Below, in pieces: positions 15,301 to 28,100 of a stretch of 64,000 bases of DNA. The notes below the pieces were generated by a model. It saw only the letters and a program-made list of their open reading frames with translations, did no database searches and was not told where the DNA came from. Both the position numbers and the translations under genes were made by a program. Positions within the stretch are counted from its first letter, which is position 1. Every line of letters begins with the position of its first letter. Origin of the DNA: Auanema rhodensis (lineage: Eukaryota; Animalia; Nematoda). The DNA is taken from the NCBI GenBank assembly GCA_964057225.1, contig OZ059895.1, forward strand, positions 14,136,001-14,200,000, written 5' to 3'.

Positions 15301-18300
15301 CGACACGTGCATTGATGCCACTGGGAGGTGACCCTGCTTCATCGGTTTAATTACCCAAGTTTGAGGTACTTTCCTGATTCAACCAGAAACATTCTGTGTT
15401 CGAATTAAATTTTGGAACGCTCTCCACTGGAGAGCAACATGAATCGAAAATCATTGGATGAATCAAGTTCTTTGGATTTTTAAAATTGAAAAATCAACAA
15501 AGATGATAATCATTCTGGGAATTGTAGTTGAGATGAGCCAAGTTCGATGTAGCCTACACGTGTGCAGGACCCATGGTGTCTAGTCAAGAGAGACAGTCTA
15601 TACCATGTTGGGGGGAGAGATACAACACGTCTATGTGATACGACACGTGCATTGATGCCACTGGGAGGTGACACTGCTTCGTCGGTTTAATTACCCAAGT
15701 TTGAGGTACTTTCCTGATTCAAACAGAAACATTCTGTGTTCGAATTAAATTTTGGAACGCTCTCCACTGGAGAGCAACATGAATCGAAAATCATTGGATG
15801 AATCAAGTTCTTTGGATTTTTAAAAATGAAAAATCAACGAAGATGATAATCATTCTGGGAATTGTAGTTGAGATGAGCCAAGTTCGATGTAGCCTACACG
15901 TGTGTATGACCCATGGTATCTACTCAAGAGAGACGGTCTTTATCATGTTGGGGGGAGAGACACAACACGTCTATGTGATACGACACTTGCATTGATGCCA
16001 CTGGGAGGTGACCCTGCTTCATCGGTTTAATTACCCAAGTTTGAGGTACTTTCCTGATTCAACCAGAAACGTTCTGTGTTCGAATTAAATTTTGGAACGC
16101 TCTCCACTGGAGAGCAACATGAATCGAAAATCATTGGATGAATCAAGTTCTTTGGATTTTTAAAATTGAAAAATCAATGAGGATGATAATCATTCTGGGA
16201 ATTATAGTTGAGATGAGCCAAGTTCGATGTAGCCTACACGTGTGTATGACCCATGGTGTCAAGTCAAGAGAGACGGTCTTTATCATGTTGGGGGGAGAGA
16301 TACAGCACGTCTCTGTGATACGACACGTGCATTGATGCCACTGGGAGGTGACACTGCTTCGTCGGTTTAATTACCCAAGTTTGAGGTACTTTCCTGATTC
16401 AACCAGAAACATTCTGTGTTCGAATTAAATTTTGGAACGCTCTCCACTGGAGAGCAACATGAATCGAAAATCATTGGATGAATCAAGTTCTTTGGATTTT
16501 TAAAAATGAAAAATCAACGAAGATGATAATCATTTCGGGAATTATAGTTAAGATGAGCCAAGTTCAGATGTAGCTTACACGTGTCTATGACCCATGGTGT
16601 CTAGTCAAGAGAGACGGTCTTTATCATGTTGGGGAGAGAGATACAACACGTCTATGTGATACGACACGTGCATTGATGCCACTGGGAGGTGACACTGCTT
16701 TGTCGGTTTAATTACCCAAGTTTGAGGTACTTTCCTGATTCAACCAGAAACATTCTGTGTTCGAATTAAATTTTGGAACGCTCTCCACTGGAGAGCAACA
16801 TGAATCGAAAATCATTGGATGAATCAAGTTCTTTGGATTTTTAAAATTGAAAAATCAACAAAGATGATAATCATTCTGGGAATTGTAGTTGAGATGAGCC
16901 AAGTTCGAAGTAGCCTACACGTGTGCAGGACCCATGGTGTCTAGTCAAGAGAGACAGTCTATACCATGTTGGGGGGAGAGATACAACACGTCTATGTGAT
17001 ACGACACGTGCATTGATGCCACTGGGAGGAGACACTGCTTCTTCGGTTTAATTACCCAAGTTTGAGGTACTTTCCTGATTCAACCAGAAACATTCTGTGT
17101 TCGAATTAAATTTTGGAACGCTCTCCACTGGAGAGCAACATGAATCGAAAATCATTGGATGAATCAAGTTCTTTGAATTTTTAAAATTGAAAAATCAACG
17201 AAGATGATAATCATTCTGGGAATTGTAGTTGAAATGAGCCAGGTTCGATGTAGCCTACACGTGTGTATGACCCATGGTATCTAGTCAAGAGAGACGGTCT
17301 ATACCATGTTGGGGGGAGAGATACAGCACGTCTATGTGATACGACACGTGCATTGATGCCACTGGGAGGAGACACTGCTTCTTCGGTTTAATTACCCAAG
17401 TTTGAGGTACTTTCCTGATTCAACCAGAAACATTCTGTGTTCGAATTAAATTTTGGAACGCTCTCCACTGGAGAGCAACATGAATCGAAAATCATTGGAT
17501 TAATCAAGTTCTTTGAATTTTTAAAATTGAAAAATCAACGAAGATGATAATCATTCTGGGAATTGTAGTTGAAATGAGCCAGGTTCGATGTAGCCTACAC
17601 GTGTGTATGACCCATGGTATCTAGTCAAGAGAGACGGTCTATACCATGTTGGGGGGAGAGATACAGCACGTCTATGTGATACGACACGTGCATTGATGCC
17701 ACTGGGAGGAGACACTGCTTCTTCGGTTTAATTACCCAAGTTTGAGGTACTTTCCTGATTCAACCAGAAACATTCTGTGTTCGAATTAAATTTTGGAACG
17801 CTCTCCACTGGAGAGCAACATGAATCGAAAATCATTGGATGAATCAAGTTCTTTGAATTTTTAAAATTGAAAAATCAACGAAGATGATAATCATTCTGGG
17901 AATTGTAGTTGAAATGAGCCAGGTTCGATGTAGCCTACACGTGTGTATGACCCATGGTATCTACTCAAGAGAGACGGTCTTTATCATGTTGGGGAGAGAG
18001 ATACAACACGTCTATGTGATACGACACGTGCATTGATGCCACTGGGAGGTGACACTGCTTCTTCGGTTTAATTACCCAAGTTTGAGGTACTTTCCTGATT
18101 CAACCAGAAACATTCTGTGTTCGAATAAAATTTTGGAACGCTCTCCACTGGAGAGCAACATGAATCGAAAATCATTAGATGAATCAAGTTCTTTGGATTT
18201 TTAAAAATGAAAAATCAACGAAGATGATAATCATTCTGGGAATTGTAGTTGAGATGAGCCAAGTTCGATGTAGCCTACACGTGTGTATGACCCATGGTAT

Positions 18301-21300
18301 CTACTCAAGAGAGACGGTCTTTATCATGTTGGGGAGAGAGACACAACACGTCTATGTGATACGACACGTGCATTGATGCCACTGGGAGGTGACACTGCTT
18401 CGTCGGTTTAATTACCCAAGTTTGAGGTACTTTCCTGATTCAACCAGAAACATTCTGTGTTCGAATTAAATTTTGGAACGCTCTCCACTGGAGAGCAACA
18501 TGAATCGAAAATCATTGGATGAATCAAGTTCTTTGGATTTTTAAAAATGAAAAATCAACGAAGATGATAATCATTTCGGGAATTATAGTTAAGATGAGCC
18601 AAGTTCAGATGTAGCTTACACGTGTCTATGACCCATGGTGTCTAGTCAAGAGAGACGGTCTTTATCATGTTGGGGAGAGAGATACAACACGTCTATGTGA
18701 TACGACACGTGCATTGATGCCACTGGGAGGTGACACTGCTTTGTCGGTTTAATTACCCAAGTTTGAGGTACTTTCCTGATTCAACCAGAAACATTCTGTG
18801 TTCGAATTAAATTTTGGAACGCTCTCCACTGGAGAGCAACATGAATCGAAAATCATTGGATGAATCAAGTTCTTTGGATTTTTAAAATTGAAAAATCAAC
18901 AAAGATGATAATCATTCTGGGAATTGTAGTTGAGATGAGCCAAGTTCGATGTAGCCTACACGTGTGCAGGACCCATGGTGTCTAGTCAAGAGAGACAGTC
19001 TATACCATGTTGGGGGGAGAGATACAACACGTCTATGTGATACGACACGTGCATTGATGCCACTGGGAGGTGACACTGCTTCGTCGGTTTAATTACCCAA
19101 GTTTGAGGTACTTTCCTGATTCAAACAGAAACATTCTGTGTTCGAATTAAATTTTGGAACGCTCTCCACTGGAGAGCAACATGAATCGAAAATCATTGGA
19201 TGAATCAAGTTCTTTGGATTTTTAAAATTGAAAAATCAACAAAGATGATAATCATTCTGGGAATTGTAGTTGAGATGAGCCAAGTTCGATGTAGCCTACA
19301 CGTGTGCAGGACCCATGGTGTCTAGTCAAGAGAGACAGTCTATACCATGTTGGGGGGAGAGATACAACACGTCTATGTGATACGACACGTGCATTGATGC
19401 CACTGGGAGGTGACACTGCTTCGTCGGTTTAATTACCCAAGTTTGAGGTACTTTCCTGATTCAAACAGAAACATTCTGTGTTCGAATTAAATTTTGGAAC
19501 GCTCTCCACTGGAGAGCAACATGAATCGAAAATCATTGGATGAATCAAGTTCTTTGGATTTTTAAAAATGAAAAATCAACGAAGATGATAATCATTCTGG
19601 GAATTGTAGTTGAGATGAGCCAAGTTCGATGTAGCCTACACGTGTGTATGACCCATGGTATCTACTCAAGAGAGACGGTCTTTATCATGTTGGGGGGAGA
19701 GACACAACACGTCTATGTGATACGACACTTGCATTGATGCCACTGGGAGGTGACCCTGCTTCATCGGTTTAATTACCCAAGTTTGAGGTACTTTCCTGAT
19801 TCAACCAGAAACGTTCTGTGTTCGAATTAAATTTTGGAACGCTCTCCACTGGAGAGCAACATGAATCGAAAATCATTGGATGAATCAAGTTCTTTGGATT
19901 TTTAAAATTGAAAAATCAACGAAGATGATAATCATTCTGGGAATTGTAGTTGAGATGAGCCAAGTTCGATGTAGCCTACACGTGTGTATGACCCATGGTA
20001 TCTACTCAAGAGAGACGGTCTTTATCATGTTGGGGGGAGAGACACAACACGTCTATGTGATACGACACTTGCATTGATGCCACTGGGAGGTGACACTGCT
20101 TCGTCGGTTTAATTACCCAAGTTTGAGGTACTTTCCTGATTCAAACAGAAACATTCTGTGTTCGAATTAAATTTTGGAACGCTCTCCACTGGAGAGCAAC
20201 ATGAATCGAAAATCATTGGATGAATCAAGTTCTTTGGATTTTTAAAATTGAAAAATCAACAAAGATGATAATCATTCTGGGAATTGTAGTTGAGATGAGC
20301 CAAGTTCGATGTAGCCTACACGTGTGCAGGACCCATGGTGTCTAGTCAAGAGAGACAGTCTATACCATGTTGGGGGGAGAGATACAACACGTCTATGTGA
20401 TACGACACGTGCATTGATGCCACTGGGAGGTGACACTGCTTCGTCGGTTTAATTACCCAAGTTTGAGGTACTTTCCTGATTCAAACAGAAACATTCTGTG
20501 TTCGAATTAAATTTTGGAACGCTCTCCACTGGAGAGCAACATGAATCGAAAATCATTGGATGAATCAAGTTCTTTGGATTTTTAAAAATGAAAAATCAAC
20601 GAAGATGATAATCATTCTGGGAATTGTAGTTGAGATGAGCCAAGTTCGATGTAGCCTACACGTGTGTATGACCCATGGTATCTACTCAAGAGAGACGGTC
20701 TTTATCATGTTGGGGGGAGAGACACAACACGTCTATGTGATACGACACTTGCATTGATGCCACTGGGAGGTGACCCTGCTTCATCGGTTTAATTACCCAA
20801 GTTTGAGGTACTTTCCTGATTCAACCAGAAACGTTCTGTGTTCGAATTAAATTTTGGAACGCTCTCCACTGGAGAGCAACATGAATCGAAAATCATTGGA
20901 TGAATCAAGTTCTTTGGATTTTTAAAATTGAAAAATCAATGAGGATGATAATCATTCTGGGAATTATAGTTGAGATGAGCCAAGTTCGATGTAGCCTACA
21001 CGTGTGTATGACCCATGGTGTCAAGTCAAGAGAGACGGTCTTTATCATGTTGGGGGGAGAGATACAGCACGTCTCTGTGATACGACACGTGCATTGATGC
21101 CACTGGGAGGTGACACTGCTTCGTCGGTTTAATTACCCAAGTTTGAGGTACTTTCCTGATTCAACCAGAAACATTCTGTGTTCGAATTAAATTTTGGAAC
21201 GCTCTCCACTGGAGAGCAACATGAATCGAAAATCATTGGATGAATCAAGTTCTTTGGATTTTTAAAAATGAAAAATCAACGAAGATGATAATCATTTCGG

Positions 21301-24300
21301 GAATTATAGTTAAGATGAGCCAAGTTCAGATGTAGCTTACACGTGTCTATGACCCATGGTGTCTAGTCAAGAGAGACGGTCTTTATCATGTTGGGGAGAG
21401 AGATACAACACGTCTATGTGATACGACACGTGCATTGATGCCACTGGGAGGTGACACTGCTTTGTCGGTTTAATTACCCAAGTTTGAGGTACTTTCCTGA
21501 TTCAACCAGAAACATTCTGTGTTCGAATTAAATTTTGGAACGCTCTCCACTGGAGAGCAACATGAATCGAAAATCATTGGATGAATCAAGTTCTTTGAAT
21601 TTTTAAAATTGAAAAATCAACGAAGATGATAATCATTCTGGGAATTGTAGTTGAAATGAGCCAGGTTCGATGTAGCCTACACGTGTGTATGACCCATGGT
21701 ATCTAGTCAAGAGAGACGGTCTATACCATGTTGGGGGGAGAGATACAGCACGTCTATGTGATACGACACGTGCATTGATGCCACTGGGAGGAGACACTGC
21801 TTCTTCGGTTTAATTACCCAAGTTTGAGGTACTTTCCTGATTCAACCAGAAACATTCTGTGTTCGAATTAAATTTTGGAACGCTCTCCACTGGAGAGCAA
21901 CATGAATCGAAAATCATTGGATTAATCAAGTTCTTTGAATTTTTAAAATTGAAAAATCAACGAAGATGATAATCATTCTGGGAATTGTAGTTGAAATGAG
22001 CCAGGTTCGATGTAGCCTACACGTGTGTATGACCCATGGTATCTAGTCAAGAGAGACGGTCTTTATCATGTTGGGGGGAGAGACTGAACACGTCTGTGTG
22101 ATACGACACGTGCATTGATGCCACTGGGAGGTGACACTGCTTCGTCGGTTTAATTACCCAAGTTTGAGGTACTTTCCTGATTCAACCAGAAACATTCTGT
22201 GTTCGAATTAAATTTTGGAACGCTCTCCACTGGAGAGCAACATGAATCGAAAATCATTAGATGAATCAAGTTCTTTGGATTTTTAAAAATGAAAAATCAA
22301 CGAAGATGATAATCATTCTGGGAATTGTAGTTGAGATGAGCCAAGTTCGATGTAGCCTACACGTGTGTATGACCCATGGTATCTACTCAAGAGAGACGGT
22401 CTTTATCATGTTGGGGAGAGAGACACAACACGTCTATGTGATACGACACGTGCATTGATGCCACTGGGAGGTGACACTGCTTCGTCGGTTTAATTACCCA
22501 AGTTTGAGGTACTTTCCTGATTCAACCAGAAACATTCTGTGTTCGAATTAAATTTTGGAACGCTCTCCACTGGAGAGCAACATGAATCGAAAATCATTGG
22601 ATGAATCAAGTTCTTTGGATTTTTAAAAATGAAAAATCAACGAAGATGATAATCATTTCGGGAATTATAGTTAAGATGAGCCAAGTTCAGATGTAGCTTA
22701 CACGTGTCTATGACCCATGGTGTCTAGTCAAGAGAGACGGTCTTTATCATGTTGGGGAGAGAGATACAACACGTCTATGTGATACGACACGTGCATTGAT
22801 GCCACTGGGAGGTGACACTGCTTCGTCGGTTTAATTACCCAAGTTTGAGGTACTTTCCTGATTCAACCAGAAACATTCTGTGTTCGAATTAAATTTTGGA
22901 ACGCTCTCCACTGGAGAGCAACATGAATCGAAAATCATTGGATGAATCAAGTTCTTTGGATTTTTAAAATTGAAAAATCAACAAAGATGATAATCATTCT
23001 GGGAATTGTAGTTGAGATGAGCCAAGTTCGATGTAGCCTACACGTGTGCAGGACCCATGGTGTCTAGTCAAGAGAGACAGTCTATACCATGTTGGGGGGA
23101 GAGATACAACACGTCTATGTGATACGACACGTGCATTGATGCCACTGGGAGGTGACACTGCTTCGTCGGTTTAATTACCCAAGTTTGAGGTACTTTCCTG
23201 ATTCAACCAGAAACGTTCTGTGTTCGAATTAAATTTTGGAACGCTCTCCACTGGAGAGCAACATGAATCGAAAATCATTGGATGAATCAAGTTCTTTGGA
23301 TTTTTAAAAATGAAAAATCAACGAAGATGATAATCATTCTGGGAATTGTAGTTGAGATGAGCCAAGTTCGATGTAGCCTACACGTGTGTATGACCCATGG
23401 TATCTACTCAAGAGAGACGGTCTTTATCATGTTGGGGGGAGAGACACAACACGTCTATGTGATACGACACGTGCATTGATGCCACTGGGAGGTGACACTG
23501 CTTCGTCGGTTTAATTACCCAAGTTTGAGGTACTTTCCTGATTCAACCAGAAACATTCTGTGTTCGAATTAAATTTTGGAACGCTCTCCACTGGAGAGCA
23601 ACATGAATCGAAAATCATTGGATGAATCAAGTTCTTTGGATTTTTAAAATTGAAAAATCAATGAGGATGATAATCATTCTGGGAATTATAGTTGAGATGA
23701 GCCAAGTTCGATGTAGCCTACACGTGTGTATGACCCATGGTGTCTAGTCAAGAGAGACGGTCTTTATCATGTTGGGGGGAGAGACACAACACGTCTATGT
23801 GATACGACACTTGCATTGATGCCACTGGGAGGTGACCCTGCTTCATCGGTTTAATTACCCAAGTTTGAGGTACTTTCCTGATTCAACCAGAAACGTTCTG
23901 TGTTCGAATTAAATTTTGGAACGCTCTCCACTGGAGAGCAACATGAATCGAAAATCATTGGATGAATCAAGTTCTTTGGATTTTTAAAATTGAAAAATCA
24001 ATGAGGATGATAATCATTCTGGGAATTATAGTTGAGATGAGCCAAGTTCGATGTAGCCTACACGTGTGTATGACCCATGGTGTCTAGTCAAGAGAGACGG
24101 TCTTTATCATGTTGGGGGGAGAGACACAACACGTCTATGTGATACGACACTTGCATTGATGCCACTGGGAGGTGACCCTGCTTCATCGGTTTAATTACCC
24201 AAGTTTGAGGTACTTTCCTGATTCAACCAGAAACGTTCTGTGTTCGAATTAAATTTTGGAACGCTCTCCACTGGAGAGCAACATGAATCGAAAATCATTG

Positions 24301-26125
24301 GATGAATCAAGTTCTTTGGATTTTTAAAATTGAAAAATCAATGAGGATGATAATCATTCTGGGAATTATAGTTGAGATGAGCCAAGTTCGATGTAGCCTA
24401 CACGTGTGCAGGACCCATGGTGTCTAGTCAAGAGAGACAGTCTATACCATGTTGGGGGGAGAGATACAGCACGTCTATGTGATACGACACTTGCATTGAT
24501 GCCACTGGGAGGTGACAATGCTTCATCGGTTTAATTACCCAAGTTTGAGGTACTTTCCTGATTCAACCAGAAACGTTCTGTGTTCGAATTAAATTTTGGA
24601 ACGCTCTCCACTGGAGAGCAACATGAATCGAAAATCATTGGATGAATCAAGTTCTTTGGATTTTTAAAATTGAAAAATCAACAAAGATGATAATCATTCT
24701 GGGAATTGTAGTTGAGATGAGCCAAGTTCGATGTAGCCTACACGTGTGCAGGACCCATGGTGTCTAGTCAAGAGAGACAGTCTATACCATGTTGGGGGGA
24801 GAGATACAGCACGTCTATGTGATACGACACTTGCATTGATGCCACTGGGAGGTGACAATGCTTCATCGGTTTAATTACCCAAGTTTGAGGTACTTTCCTG
24901 ATTCAACCAGAAACATTCTGTGTTCGAATTAAATTTTGGAACGCTCTCCACTGGAGAGCAACATGAATCGAAAATCATTGGATGAATCAAGTTCTTTGGA
25001 TTTTCGGTTCTTCAATAATCACTGTAGTAATAGGTAGGTAGATCCATAATTTGTAAAATAAAACAATTTATATTGCAGTTAGTATGAATGAATTCTTATC
25101 AGAACTAATTAATGCTACAGGATTTGCTGTTATTAATGTTGTTCTTGTATCGGAGTTGATTTCACCAGCTGCAAGGGTTTCTGCACTGCAGGTGTGATCT
25201 TCAAACTGATACGATAATTGACTTGAACAACAACATGATTTACTAAATTTTGATTTCAGTGGACTCTTGTTTTGGGATTTTTCCTTTCAATACCTCAAAA
25301 TTGTTTTCTATTTATATATTCTATATGGCCTCCTTTTTATGTTCTTATGTTATGCATAGTTCAACCATGTTTTATAGTATATATTTATAGGTAAAACAAT
25401 ATTTTTTTTGTATTTTAAAGAAAAAATATTTATAAATAATAATTATAATAATATTAAAAATCGTAAATTTTTAATAAATAATACAATATATTCTAAATTT
25501 TAATTTTTGATATGTAATAGGAACTACGAAGCGTTTGCAAACATGGAAGAAATGTTAGAATTTTTGTTTTCTCTTGAATTGTACAAACTTCCTTGTTTGA
25601 AACACCTATAAGGATGTAGGTGGCAACAAATACAGAACAGCTCAAAAACTAAAAAACAAATTGACTATGCTCAAGTTTGTTCAGTTGGAAGGTTTTATTA
25701 TAGTATCACTAATTAGATATTTCAGATTACTTCTCATATAATATAGTATAATATTCATTCTATTATAATCAATATTAAAGAAAAAGAAACCAAAAGAAAA
25801 CTCTTCAATACAGTTTATGATGCTATAATTTTGAAATCAGCATAACATATAATACAATTTCAATTCAAAGTCAAATAATATACCGTATGATATTGTATAA
25901 AAAAATAATTTAAATTGTATCTTTCATTGTTTATTTCAGTTTTATAAGCTTCTGGTCCTGGTCGTCTCAAGGATTTTTGACAATTTTCGTTTATTCATGA
26001 TGTGCTTTTAATTAATATATAATTATTAATGATAATAGATTACTTGTACATATCTTTTTCTTTTTCTTTTTTTCTTAATAAAAACTTTAATTGAAAATAA
26101 TAAATTTAAAAATACATTGTCATAG

Positions 26126-26800
26126 ATGAATCTTGAGTTCTTACCTTGGTTTGCTGGCATCTCAAGTTTTGTGGGAATTATAATCAATACTATTTTTATT
26201 TTTATAATTAATAAATGTCCATCAACTAAAATATCTTCATATAAATATTATTTATATATTCATACAGTTATTGATTTATGTTTAAGTTTTTTTTTTATTT
26301 TTAACATACCGGTAAATTAAAAAAAAAAGTTTTATAAGAGTAATAACAACAACATTCAAGGTTTTTCTTAAAAATAGTACAATAATAATTAATATATCAT
26401 GTGGTCTATCAAGAAATTACAATTATATTTGGAGTATGATTCTATTTTATGCACATTGTACATCACTATGTGCTTCTATGCTTATTTTATGCAATTGTTT
26501 CATCTATCGCTATATAGCATTATGCTCGTAAGATTGCTCATAATCAATATAATTTTATTTATTTTTTAATTTTTAGACATAAAACAATTCGAATATTTAA
26601 TCATCCTTTAACAATATCTATTATAATATTATTAAATTTATTTGTTTTATTATTTTGGAGTTCAATAGTTCATAGGGGATTAGGTCCTCATCATATTATT
26701 GAAGAAGCAATGAGAGATTATATCATGGAAGAGTCTGGAATTGATATTGTTGACCATTATTATGTCGCAATTTCTAATGAGGTTTGAGTTTTCTTGTTAT

Positions 26801-26873
<73 letters not shown>

Positions 26874-27382
26874 ATATAAAATATAATTTATTTTAAAATA
26901 TTTAGTTACTTCATATAGAGTCTAGTAGAAACAAATGGGTTACTGGTATTGTATCATTTTTTTCTTTGGTAATTATTACAACAATATGTTGCACAATGGG
27001 AATTATAAATAAATTAAAACAACAAGAAGTTTTAAGTGAAAAAATTAAAAAATATCATAAACATATTGTAAAACTTTTACTTATACAGGTAATTGAATTA
27101 ATTAATTGAATTAATTTTTTTTCTTTTTTTTTTCAGAGTGGTTTACCATTTCTATTTTTAGAATTTCCTATTTTAGCTTTTTATTTCTTTCTTTTTGTTT
27201 TTTATTATAATTTTCAAAAAGATCTATTGTTATATTTAACAATAAGCTATAACCTTCTTCCAATAGCAAATCCATTAATATCAATATATTTTCTTAAAGA
27301 TTATAGAAATTTTATTTTTAAAAAAATTGGAAGTTTCACCAACAATAGCTCAAAAGTTTCACGAACAGAAAAATGTACATAG
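26126..27382 (+). CDS. Serpentine chemoreceptor GPCR, Str/Srj-like (Str superfamily), 5 exons, ~328 aa
   Basis: Exons 26126-26311, 26361-26527, 26577-26781, 26906-27088 and 27137-27382 splice in frame. Seven hydrophobic segments and motifs SYKYYL, FIYRYIALC, LLIQ, P.ANP and KDYR. Confidence 0.88.
26804..26872. repeat. (CT)n microsatellite in intron 3 of the chemoreceptor
   Basis: Direct inspection. Confidence 0.95.
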
Positions 27383-27393
27383 AGTTCTATTCT

Positions 27394-27446
27394 TCTCTGA
27401 TACTTTTAATACTTTTAAATTTTGTTAAAGCTCTCTCTATCTGGGG
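27394..27446 (-). mobile_element. Fragment of the internal sequence of the MITE at 33449-33764
   Basis: The reverse complement CCCCAGATAGAGAGAGCTTTAACAAAATTTAAAAGTATTAAAAGTATCAGAGA matches ~33598-33650 with about 3 mismatches. Confidence 0.8.
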
Positions 27447-28100
27447 AGATATACTGTTGTATTTCCTTATTAGTTGCTGATATACTTGAATCTGGAACTC
27501 CTGTTTTTATAAAATTTATGAAGTATTTCCCATATAACTTAGATAATACTTGTTCGTTTTCATCTTTTTCAAATGGATGTGTTTCCAATAAATAATATAA
27601 ATCATGTATATCTTCAGCATGACGAGGATTTTCATAAGAATATAGATAAACCTAATAAGCATAAAATGAATTTAAAACTTTAAACTTTTTATACATTTCT
27701 TCCAGCCTTTCTCATACTTTGAGCAACTTTATGTGCTCCAAAAAATACAGTTTGGGATATATGGCTATGATTAAACTCTGAATAGTAATATTATTCAACG
27801 AAAAAAATCTTTTATTTGACTTACTGAACTTTTCAGCTAAAAGATTTTGATCAAAATCTTTTATATATTTCTTCATTAATTCTATTGGATTATGAAATCT
27901 ATAATTACTATATTTAGAATTTTGTATTTGCCATGGACCATCATCAGTTATTTCAAAACGAACAGAACCGATCAACAGAGGTCTTTCCTAAATAAATTTT
28001 TTTAATTCGAAAAATTAAAAGATTTCAACATACAATTGGAGATTTTTCATAAAAATCTTGTATCAGCATCAAATAAAGGTGGAAGTAATCATATTCTATT
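27416..28100 (-). pseudogene. Carboxylesterase (type-B, cest-like) 3' remnant, 5'-truncated at SL block 2
   Basis: Three in-frame exons: IEYDYFHL...EKSPI | ERPLLIGSVRFE...KLLK | VYLYSYENPRHAEDIHDLYYLLETHPFEKDENEQVLSKLYGKYFINFIKTGVP. The P.LIG...E, VYLY and NF.KTG.P motifs are typical of a carboxylesterase C-terminal half. No N-terminal GxSxG part was found. Confidence 0.75.

Larger units (their letters stand above)
1..25005 (+). ncRNA. sls-1: Tandem array of SL1 spliced-leader RNA genes, block 1 (~74 copies, 340/341-bp unit; runs off the left edge of the window)
   Basis: Each unit contains the 22-nt nematode SL1 exon GGTTTAATTACCCAAGTTTGAG followed by a GT donor, stem II (gattc-aac-cagaa/aca/ttctg-t-gtt-c-gaatt), Sm site AAATTTTGGAAC and terminal hairpin GCTCTCC-ACT-GGAGAGC. 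This is the same layout as C. elegans SL1 RNA. First leader at 25, last at 24868, so 73 intervals of ~340 bp. Confidence 0.97.

Noticed and set aside
821-23479. Repeated 65-aa ORF (MNQVLWIFK…) as a tandem protein family
   Set aside because: It lies in the SL spacer and promoter and is broken by stops or a 1-bp indel in most units, so it is a by-product of the repeat.
25080-25960. Additional gene or nuclear-receptor fragment
   Set aside because: Splice-like sites and a few Cys residues are present, but the frames contain stops and no convincing motif could be assembled.
25006-28100. NeSL-type retrotransposon inserted in the SL array
   Set aside because: The interruption holds intron-containing host genes and has no RT ORF, poly(A) tail or TSD.
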